Below are positions 1 through 6,883 of a DNA stretch of 54,570 nt, piece by piece. The notes under the pieces are model-generated. The model was not told the DNA's origin and ran no database searches. It worked only from the letters and a program-made list of their open reading frames with translations. Every line of letters begins with the position of its first letter. Within the stretch, counting starts at the first letter, position 1. This stretch comes from a virus (lineage: Duplodnaviria; Caudoviricetes), in IMG/VR virus record IMGVR_UViG_3300035150_000119, positions 1 through 54,570 of that record. One strand, written 5' to 3'. The translations under genes and the position numbers were made by a program.

Positions 1-63
1 GTAATATTCAACTGCCCTAGGGCATGCGTCTATTTTTCTAAGATAATTTACGTTTAGTTTCAT
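1..63 (-). CDS. 5' fragment of ankyrin-protein paralog (MKLNVNYLRKIDACPRAVEYY...), runs off the window
   Basis: ATG at 63 overlaps the TGA of 60..455; translation matches the N-terminus of the 60..455 and 6884..7288 proteins. Confidence 0.85.
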   Translation of the reverse strand, partial: MKLNVNYLRKIDACPRAVEYY

Positions 64-455
64 TTAGCCCCCTTGCTTCTCAGTAATTCTACAATATCAA
101 GATAGCCACAATCACTCGCATACATCAATGCCGTCCTGCCTCCATCATTACGAGCATTCACATCAGCACCCGCATCAATTAATAGTCTAACAATATCAAT
201 ATGGCCAAAGCGACTCGCCCATATCAATGCTGTATAGCCAAAATTATCCCTGATATTCACATCAGCACCATTGTTAATTAGATGTTGAATAACATCAATA
301 TCAGCATTACCCATGAACCACACTTGCCAGTTAATTTTAGCCTCTTTAAATGCCGATATTACATCGACTTCTTTGTTGCCGTATTTATTCCTGTAATATT
401 CAATAGCCTTATAACATGCGCATATTTTTATAAGATAGTTAATGTTTAGTTTCAT
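60..455 (-). CDS. Ankyrin repeat protein with short N-terminal 'KLNINYL..GAC' domain
   Basis: GADVN-x4-GxTAL-x2-A-x3-GHxDIVxLL repeats. Confidence 0.9.
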   Translation of the reverse strand: MKLNINYLIKICACYKAIEYYRNKYGNKEVDVISAFKEAKINWQVWFMGNADIDVIQHLINNGADVNIRDNFGYTALIWASRFGHIDIVRLLIDAGADVNARNDGGRTALMYASDCGYLDIVELLRSKGAK

Positions 456-844
456 TCCTTCGCCCCCTTAATTTCCGCTTGTAGAGAAAATCCACCATAA
501 TATCCATTATGTTCATTATGATTAACTATCTGAAAACTGCCTTTATCGGTGGTTATTTCAAGGAATTGACATTCATGTATCCAAATTTTATCTTCTTCTT
601 CATAATAATCACAATCTTTTAATTCTATGTTTGTTAATATACAATCATAGAAATCGGCTAAATTATCATCAGTTGTCATATATCTAGATTCACAACAAGT
701 TTGTCCATCATCCCAGAGACTCAATATTGATCCATCTTCAAAATAAATGTTTAAAGTATCGTCAATAAAATCACCATCTTGATTAATTTTAATAATCTTT
801 TTATTTAATGATGATTTTATTGCATTACTAGTTTCTTTATTCAT
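452..844 (-). CDS. Conserved-looking phage hypothetical protein
   Basis: Q-T-CCE and HNEHNGYYGG motifs typical of small phage proteins; RBS AAGGAG. Confidence 0.75.
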   Translation of the reverse strand: MNKETSNAIKSSLNKKIIKINQDGDFIDDTLNIYFEDGSILSLWDDGQTCCESRYMTTDDNLADFYDCILTNIELKDCDYYEEEDKIWIHECQFLEITTDKGSFQIVNHNEHNGYYGGFSLQAEIKGAKE

Positions 845-1207
845 AATTATTCTCCTTTTAATTTATTCATTTTTCCCCTTTCCCTCCTTCTTGCAAATAA
901 TATAAATAATTCCTCAATAAATTTCATTTCCGTCTCTCTTTTTTTCATCTCCTCTCTTATTTGTTTTTCGTAATTTTTTATCATAATTACCTCCAAATGA
1001 AAAAGATGGACAGAGATAGACCGGATCCCAGCTCTGTCCATAATAATTATTTTTTTTTCATGTTAGACCTCCTATCATATTCGTTAATTATTTTTGTCAT
1101 GTTATTGATGTATTCGTTCGCTTTTCTGAAGTGCTCCAGAAAATCACCCATATACCTTTTTGCATCATCTCTATAATCCTGTGGCGTTTTTGTTTTTTCC
1201 CAAGAAT

Positions 1208-1465
1208 TCATGTTAGACCTCCTATATTATATACTTGCTTAATTACAGAAGCAAGTAGATATTCTTGAGTTCGTAACTTTTTTTCTAATATTTTTTTACG
1301 TTGTTGAATCTCTCCTAAATTCTCACTGCCAAAATATAATCTATCGCTTATAGATTGAATTTCGTCTTTTAATTTTATTTCTTCCCGAATCAATTCTACT
1401 ATTTTGGCATTTTCATTAATTATTATTTCTCTTAATTGTTTAAGATCATATCCAATCATATTCAC
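1208..1465 (-). CDS. Hypothetical coiled-coil protein
   Basis: ORF with GGAGGTG RBS, heptad-like composition. Confidence 0.65.
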   Translation of the reverse strand: MNMIGYDLKQLREIIINENAKIVELIREEIKLKDEIQSISDRLYFGSENLGEIQQRKKILEKKLRTQEYLLASVIKQVYNIGGLT

Positions 1466-1522
1466 CTCCGTTAAAATGTTAAGGTTTTAATTATGCCCTC
1501 CGAAAAGGGCATCTTCAAAACC

Positions 1523-1651
1523 TTAGTACAGGGATTTCCCTTGTAATGCAGGATGTTCATTATAGAGATAATCCTGCAAATTATTAATCTGTTTTTGCAG
1601 ATCAATGTAAAGCTGTTTTCTATCGGCTTCAAAAATTTCTAAGTCTAGCAT
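1523..1651 (-). CDS. Small hypothetical protein (42 aa, MLDLEIFEAD...)
   Basis: TAAGGAG RBS 6 nt before ATG; below ORF-track cutoff. Confidence 0.6.
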   Translation of the reverse strand: MLDLEIFEADRKQLYIDLQKQINNLQDYLYNEHPALQGKSLY

Positions 1652-1847
1652 TTAAATCTCCTTAATATATAAAAAGCAGGCGTGTTTTTTGGATAGTTCG
1701 CATTAAGTCTGACATCACCAGACACCCGCTGATATTCATAATTAGAACGAGGGATATTTCACCCTCGTCCTCTAAGGAGATCAGACCGACAACGTCTAAT
1801 CTGATTTCCTATTTTATTTTTGCAAAATAAACTTATCAGAGCGAAAA

Positions 1848-2048
1848 TTATATAGATTTACCTTTTAATGTTAATTCAAGACAACATGTATTAGCATTAA
1901 AATATATAATATTCTTTTCTTTTAATTTTATTATTGCTTTTTCGACATTCTTTTTTCTATTATAATTATACTTATTTTTATAATATAACACATTAAACTT
2001 TTTGTACCCTCTTATAACATCAATTACTAAATTTTCTGTTTTTGTCAT
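1848..2048 (-). CDS. Small basic hypothetical protein (cassette gene; winged-helix-like ending)
   Basis: Shared start cassette AAGGAGGTCAGCG-ATGAC. Confidence 0.7.
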   Translation of the reverse strand: MTKTENLVIDVIRGYKKFNVLYYKNKYNYNRKKNVEKAIIKLKEKNIIYFNANTCCLELTLKGKSI

Positions 2049-2063
2049 CGCTGACCTCCTTAA

Positions 2064-2121
2064 TATTGTACTCTGCTTTTCTCAATCCGGACTTGTAACC
2101 GTCTATGGTAGCATTACAGTG
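2064..2121 (-). ncRNA. Twister ribozyme, type P1 (copy C, weakened P1)
   Basis: Core UAA-UGCU-AC..CGG-U-UAC-AA-GU-CCG..AGCA-GA-GUA identical to the copy at 3524-3581; P1 has mismatches. Confidence 0.75.
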
Positions 2122-2149
2122 CAGGGGTGTAATTCCCCCTGCATTAAGA

Positions 2150-2755
2150 TTATTCAGTTTTTAACGGAATAATTTTTATTCCGTTACCTCTTCCGCCACC
2201 CCGTGCGATACCAATGAGGCATTTTGTCTCGTTATTAAAATAATATCCATCTTTGACAATATAATTATCGCCTTCTCCTGTCCATTTAAACGATACTTTA
2301 TCTCGAAGTATTTTTGTTTTTTTATTTTCGGCTGAAATATAACAGCCGTTTTTTCCATATTTTTCTTCCCAATATTGAGATTTGGATATTCCATATTTTA
2401 ATACCCAGTTGGAAAAAACTTTTGTTTCTTCCCAAGAGTATTTTTTTTGAATAGGTATTGAAATATCCAAAATTTTTGGAGCCCTTTCATACTCTTTTTC
2501 AAATTCTTTTTTCGCTCCTTCAAAGAGATACCCAGTAGCTCTTTCATTTGCATTGTAAGTACTATGTGTCCATCCTGTTAATATAAGATGGATTCCTTGT
2601 ACTTTGTACAAAAGATACATAAATGCTTCTGCCCAAAATCCTTTGGAACTATATTCTTGATGGATGCTGTCCCATTGTCTAGCATCCCATGAAGAAAAAT
2701 ATAATGCGATTTCTTCTCCTTCAAAATTTAAATTTTTTTCTTGTTGTTTTGTCAT
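2150..2755 (-). CDS. Hypothetical protein (cassette gene, start revised to MTKQQEK)
   Basis: Shared RBS/start cassette at 2751-2774. Confidence 0.75.
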   Translation of the reverse strand: MTKQQEKNLNFEGEEIALYFSSWDARQWDSIHQEYSSKGFWAEAFMYLLYKVQGIHLILTGWTHSTYNANERATGYLFEGAKKEFEKEYERAPKILDISIPIQKKYSWEETKVFSNWVLKYGISKSQYWEEKYGKNGCYISAENKKTKILRDKVSFKWTGEGDNYIVKDGYYFNNETKCLIGIARGGGRGNGIKIIPLKTE

Positions 2756-2770
2756 CGCTGACCTCCTTAA

Positions 2771-2827
2771 TATTGTACTCTGCATTTCTCAACTTGGCTT
2801 GTAACAAGTTATAGCTGCATTACAATA
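2771..2827 (-). ncRNA. Twister ribozyme, type P1 (copy B)
   Basis: P1 UAUUG/CAAUA; UAA; P2 UGCA/UGCA; T2 GC/GC; P4 AACUUG/CAAGUU; T1 UAC/GUA; GA before T1'. Confidence 0.9.
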
Positions 2828-2862
2828 GCTCGATATTTCTACCGAGCTTATATCAGAGTGAA

Positions 2863-3177
2863 TTATCTGCCTAAAAATTCTTTTATTTTTTTTACAGTTT
2901 CTTTTACTATTTCAAAATTATACATTTCGAATCCCCTATCACTACCATCATTATTTTTTACAAAAACTTCAACATTGCCACTTGGGAAGGATTTCTCATC
3001 ACCGTCTTGATTTTCAACAATAATTGTATTTCTGTCTTGACTTAATATTATGCTCTCATAACAATCAATATCTTCTTCATCAATTTTAGGAAGATAATTT
3101 AACATTACATTTTTAGGAATTAATGCATCTCCGCATTCTTCCCTACTGTTTATATAATACATCTTTTCTTTAGTCAT
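2863..3177 (-). CDS. Acidic hypothetical protein (cassette gene)
   Basis: Shared RBS/start cassette. Confidence 0.75.
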   Translation of the reverse strand: MTKEKMYYINSREECGDALIPKNVMLNYLPKIDEEDIDCYESIILSQDRNTIIVENQDGDEKSFPSGNVEVFVKNNDGSDRGFEMYNFEIVKETVKKIKEFLGR

Positions 3178-3190
3178 CGCTGACCTCCTT

Positions 3191-3248
3191 AATATTTACT
3201 GACGCCCGAAGGCGTTTAGTCGTTCCCGACTCATCAGAGCGAATTATT
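3191..3248 (-). ncRNA. Type I hammerhead-ribozyme-like element with G12->U change
   Basis: UUCGCU-CUGAUGA-GUCG(GGAA)CGAC-UAAA-CGCC(UUCG)GGCG-UC-AGUAAA; all core positions present except GAAA->UAAA. Confidence 0.65.
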
Positions 3249-3507
3249 TTCCTATGGTTTCATCTAATAACATTGATTCTTCAATAAGTTCCCTTTGTAT
3301 TTCTTTTGCAAATACAAATATTTTCTGCTCCCATTTTTGATCATCTTTTGCTAATATGTCAAATTTATCATCTGCAATGCTTTCAAGTTTCTGATAATTC
3401 TCAGTCATGCAAGCATCTGCAAGGTTATTACCATTTGTGCTTAACCATCTTCTATTAAGCCATTCGTTATTTAATACTTCATTTAAAAATCTTTCTTTGT
3501 TTGTCAT
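3244..3507 (-). CDS. Hypothetical protein (cassette gene)
   Basis: RBS AAGGAGGTC, MT start. Confidence 0.75.
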   Translation of the reverse strand: MTNKERFLNEVLNNEWLNRRWLSTNGNNLADACMTENYQKLESIADDKFDILAKDDQKWEQKIFVFAKEIQRELIEESMLLDETIGK

Positions 3508-3523
3508 ATCATGACCTCCTTAA

Positions 3524-3581
3524 TATTGTACTCTGCTTTTCTCAATCCGGACTTGTAACCGTCTATGGTAGCATTACAATA
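3524..3581 (-). ncRNA. Twister ribozyme, type P1 (copy A)
   Basis: P1 UAUUG/CAAUA; UAA; P2 UGCU/AGCA; T2 AC/GU; P4 CGG/CCG; T1 UAC/GUA. Confidence 0.88.
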
Positions 3582-3615
3582 GCTCGGTATTTCTACCGAG
3601 CATCAGAGCGATTTT

Positions 3616-3798
3616 TTACAAACAACCATCCATTATTTTATCATTTGTATGTTGTAAAGCCGTATCCATATCTTCACCATAATTTTCCATATTATAAATA
3701 ACATCTTCAACAACTTCATCAAAAGACGCATCTGTGAAAGGATTTAATTCCCAATCACCGACTTCTTTTTTTATTTGTTTTTTAATTTTATTTGTCAT
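3616..3798 (-). CDS. Small acidic hypothetical protein, first gene of leftward early operon (start revised to MTNKIKK)
   Basis: Shared RBS/start cassette at 3794-3817. Confidence 0.7.
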   Translation of the reverse strand: MTNKIKKQIKKEVGDWELNPFTDASFDEVVEDVIYNMENYGEDMDTALQHTNDKIMDGCL

Positions 3799-3998
3799 CG
3801 CTGACCTCCTTAATATTAACAAACTCTAAGAGTTTGAGTAAGCCATTATTTTATAATAGCTTATTGAAAATCTTCGAGTAGCTCCGATCCCGCAGGATAA
3901 CTGGTCGTACTCCGTAGAGGCGTGCCGGCTTTTTTCGGGGTGCAACTGCGTTCAAAGTTGCTCAGGTTTCAAAAGGTTTTCCTTATCCTTATATTAAA

Positions 3999-4027
3999 AG
4001 TATATAGGATATAACAATAATTGTCAA
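3999..4027 (-). promoter_or_regulatory. Sigma70-type promoter of leftward early operon
   Basis: TTGACA-N17-TATACT. Confidence 0.8.
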
Positions 4028-4129
4028 TAATTATCTGTATTTTTTATTGCTGTTAGACTAAGCTATTGTATTTTCTATTTAACTGTTGTGCAAAAATGCT
4101 AGATTTTCGGGAAATTGTTCAAAATACCC

Positions 4130-4159
4130 TTGACATAAGACATACAAGCGTGTTACATT
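4130..4159 (+). promoter_or_regulatory. Sigma70-type promoter of rightward operon
   Basis: TTGACA-N18-TACATT with extended -10 TG. Confidence 0.6.
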
Positions 4160-4206
4160 TGTAATGAATAATTTGGGTACCTCTACTCATTATATAAGGA
4201 GTTATT

Positions 4207-4500
4207 ATGAAGAATAAGCAAATGCTTGAAAAAAAAGAATGGAGCAAATTTAGAGATACGGGACTGCTTTTATTCGTTAATTTTTTTCTTCATATTTTTG
4301 GCTGGGCAATAGCAATGGACATTGATGACGAAACAGGAAAGGTTATAGAGTGCTTTCCTGCAAGAACAAGATTTAGGGGATTCGACGAAAAATCTCAGGA
4401 TAAGGCTTATTTCCTACTGAGCGAATATATGAGAAAAAATGCTTCCGCATTATTATCAGAAGCAAGTGACGAAAATGAGTATGCGCAAAAAAAGAAATAA
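4207..4500 (+). CDS. Phage hypothetical protein
   Basis: AAGGAG RBS; W..FR..GLL..VN..LH.FGWA..PAR..FRGF pattern. Confidence 0.75.
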   Translation: MKNKQMLEKKEWSKFRDTGLLLFVNFFLHIFGWAIAMDIDDETGKVIECFPARTRFRGFDEKSQDKAYFLLSEYMRKNASALLSEASDENEYAQKKK

Positions 4501-4519
4501 AATTAAGGAGGAGAGCCCA

Positions 4520-4774
4520 ATGTTAGATTTAATTACAAAAATTAGAATACTAATTGATGTGCACAAAGACGCAATAGAAAGAGAAATGAAATATCTTGAA
4601 AATTATACGAAAAAAAAAGAATGGGTTAATGTAGGGTACACTCAATCTGTTATTGTCAAATATCAATTTCTAGTATCAACGTTAGAAAATTTTCTAATTG
4701 AAGTAGAGAATGACGTTCAAATAATGTGTGATGAGATTCAAGCAAACACAACGGAGAGAAAGCATGAGTTATGA
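4520..4774 (+). CDS. Hypothetical helical protein (start revised)
   Basis: AAGGAGG RBS before ATG 4520. Confidence 0.6.
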   Translation: MLDLITKIRILIDVHKDAIEREMKYLENYTKKKEWVNVGYTQSVIVKYQFLVSTLENFLIEVENDVQIMCDEIQANTTERKHEL

Positions 4775-5594
4775 TATTAAAAAAATAGGTGTTGATACTG
4801 AATATCAACAATATGCGTCGGTAACAACTATTACCGGGCAGATGGATAAAGATTCAAAACTATTGCAATGGGGTGTTGATCAAGCGGTTGATAATCTATT
4901 ATGCGAGGGGATGATTTTAGGTGCAAATGCAGACGGCATTAATATTTATCAAATTTTAGAATCTGATTTGGAAAAGTCACGCTATGCATGGAAAAAGACA
5001 CGTGATAAAACAGCAGATATTGGCTCTACATTACATCAATTAATCGAGACTTACATTAATATCAAATTAAGCAAAAATGACCGGCCAATGGCTTTATTTT
5101 TTGAACATGAAGTAAAAAAACATACTGAGAAACTTCAAGACATGTTTCAAAAATTTCTTGAATGGGAAAAAGAAAACGTAAAATGTTTTCTTGAATCAGA
5201 ACAAACTGTTTGCGATATTAATCTATGCATTGCAGGTACGCTCGATATTATTTTTCTTGACAAAGATGATAAAATTATCTGCGTTGACCTAAAGACATCT
5301 GATACTATCTACCGAGAACATGAGATGCAGGTAATTGCGTACAAATACATTCGCAATAGAATGCAGGGGCAATATCAAATTAAAAAAACGTCCAGTAATG
5401 TAATTCATAATTATGGGAAAATTCAAATTGATAAACCGGCAATACTACAAATCACACGACAGGCGGAATTAAAATATGTCGATAATATAAAAGATGAATC
5501 TGAAAAATTAAAATGCTTTCTTGCATTATTGACTGTTTATTATACATACGCAAAAAGACGCTTGAATAATAAGCGGGCAATAGGGCGATATTAA
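4764..5594 (+). CDS. PD-(D/E)XK family exonuclease (phage recombination nuclease)
   Basis: SVTTI, GSTLH..IE, AGTLD, DLKTS, QVIAY motifs. Confidence 0.85.
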   Translation: MSYDIKKIGVDTEYQQYASVTTITGQMDKDSKLLQWGVDQAVDNLLCEGMILGANADGINIYQILESDLEKSRYAWKKTRDKTADIGSTLHQLIETYINIKLSKNDRPMALFFEHEVKKHTEKLQDMFQKFLEWEKENVKCFLESEQTVCDINLCIAGTLDIIFLDKDDKIICVDLKTSDTIYREHEMQVIAYKYIRNRMQGQYQIKKTSSNVIHNYGKIQIDKPAILQITRQAELKYVDNIKDESEKLKCFLALLTVYYTYAKRRLNNKRAIGRY

Positions 5595-5616
5595 AAAATA
5601 AAGGAGAGAGAATAAA

Positions 5617-6027
5617 ATGAGCAATTCAAATTTCATAATAATCGGAGGACGACTGGCAAAAGATCCTGAATTAAGATATACCATTAATAAATTAGCTATT
5701 TGCAAATTTATATTAGCGCTTAATCATTCAAAAGATAAAGTGTCATTCATTGACTGTACTGCATGGAATGATATGGCGAAAATGATATCGCAAAAAAAGA
5801 AAAAAGGGGATTATCTTAAAATATCAGGAACTATTCGGCAAGAAACATGGCAAGACAAACAAACAGGTCAAAATAAATCAAAAATATCTGTAACCGCAAA
5901 CGAAATAATAGTTACATTTCCTAGTGTTAATTATGCTGTAAATAACAACCAACAATCTCAAAATCAAACAAACATTCAAAACAATTTTGATGGCGAAATT
6001 GTAGATAATGAAGATATCCCATTTTAA
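5617..6027 (+). CDS. ssb: Single-stranded DNA-binding protein
   Basis: GRLAKDPELRY, FIDCTAW, acidic C-terminus DIPF. Confidence 0.95.
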   Translation: MSNSNFIIIGGRLAKDPELRYTINKLAICKFILALNHSKDKVSFIDCTAWNDMAKMISQKKKKGDYLKISGTIRQETWQDKQTGQNKSKISVTANEIIVTFPSVNYAVNNNQQSQNQTNIQNNFDGEIVDNEDIPF

Positions 6028-6236
6028 CGAGGAGGAAAAGATAATGTTCAAATGTAGGGAAATAACAAAGAAAAATAAAAAACGATTAGCTGTACTATGT
6101 TATGAATATAATAGATACATCCCAATCTATTTATTCGACAGTTACCTTTTAGATTATATTGAAAATAATAAAGAAAATCTTTTTCATTTTATAAGAAATA
6201 AAGAGCAGGCTAACTTTTAGCATATAAGCTCCTTAC

Positions 6237-6290
6237 GAGAGAATAGGGTGATCACCTCCCATTATTTTTGCTCTATTCTCTCACTTTTAT
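6237..6290 (+). promoter_or_regulatory. 12-bp hairpin with anti-Shine-Dalgarno loop (possible terminator or translational switch)
   Basis: Stem 6237-6248/6271-6282, loop contains GATCACCTCC, followed by ACTTTTATT. Confidence 0.5.
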
Positions 6291-6303
6291 TGGAGGTAAT
6301 TAT

Positions 6304-6417
6304 ATGGCATATATAACATTATTTTTTATATTATATTTGGGGATATGTATTATTTTCGGTGCCTTCGCAACATTACTTGTGATAGGTGTCGTAATAATAT
6401 TTGGGAAAAAGAAATAA
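6304..6417 (+). CDS. 37-aa single-pass membrane peptide
   Basis: GGAGGT RBS; MAYITLFF...IIFGKKK. Confidence 0.65.
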   Translation: MAYITLFFILYLGICIIFGAFATLLVIGVVIIFGKKK

Positions 6418-6423
6418 TTATAT

Positions 6424-6556
6424 AATAGTTGCTATGTGGTGAAACAGAGACACTCTAATCTAGGCGTGGCGTATGTTTTGTAGGTTAGGATAAGTGAGAG
6501 AAATCAGCGTCTTTTCAAACTTAATGTAAGAATCGAATCTTACCATAGCAACTATT
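6424..6556 (+). ncRNA. tRNA-like structured RNA (non-canonical)
   Basis: Perfect 13-bp closing stem, D-arm-like TGGTGAAACAGAGACAC, T-arm-like GTAAG-AATCGAAT-CTTAC, two long inner arms. Confidence 0.6.
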
Positions 6557-6573
6557 TATTTAAGGATATAAAA

Positions 6574-6867
6574 ATGGAAATAAAAGATTTATTCCCCGGA
6601 AAAGAAGTCTTAGTGAGACGCAATGAAAACGAAACATGGTTTTTGCATTGGTTTAAATGTATATCAAAAAAAGGCTTTCATACTGAAGAATATGGCGAAA
6701 TACCTTTTAGATATATTGCAGATGGAAACAAATATGAGAACCGGGGTGATTTAGGGCATGTTGATGGAGAGATTGATTTTGAAGAGAAATCGACAAAAGA
6801 ACAAATAAAAGTTTTAAAAGTTTTAAAAGATGCCTTAGATTCCTTTAAAAAGAGTAATATAATATAG
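6574..6867 (+). CDS. Hypothetical protein
   Basis: AAGGA RBS; VLVR...W motif common in small phage proteins. Confidence 0.7.
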   Translation: MEIKDLFPGKEVLVRRNENETWFLHWFKCISKKGFHTEEYGEIPFRYIADGNKYENRGDLGHVDGEIDFEEKSTKEQIKVLKVLKDALDSFKKSNII

Positions 6868-6883
6868 TATAAGGGGCGAAGGA

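Larger units (their letters stand above)
1835..3817 (-). repeat. Dispersed cassette repeats: start motif AATATTAAGGAGGTCAGCGATGAC (5 copies) and post-stop motif TCGCTCTGAT (4 copies)
   Basis: Start motif at 2044, 2751, 3173, 3503 (variant), 3794; post-stop motif at 1835, 2852 (variant), 3233, 3602. Confidence 0.9.

Noticed and set aside
1775-1847. Second hammerhead (CUGAUAA...GAAA-stem-UC)
   Set aside because: C3-G8 pair is broken and no stem I forms after the putative cleavage site; kept only as an unassigned structure
1835-3817. CRISPR array or integron attC sites for the repeated motifs
   Set aside because: Repeats are separated by whole genes, contain RBS and ribozymes, and lack attC R-box structure; no integron integrase
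4764-5594. Cas4 linked to the type IV locus
   Set aside because: No Fe-S cysteine cluster; sits beside ssb as an ordinary recombination nuclease
6424-6556. Canonical tRNA gene
   Set aside because: No 7-nt anticodon loop, T-loop lacks TTC, no CCA, too long
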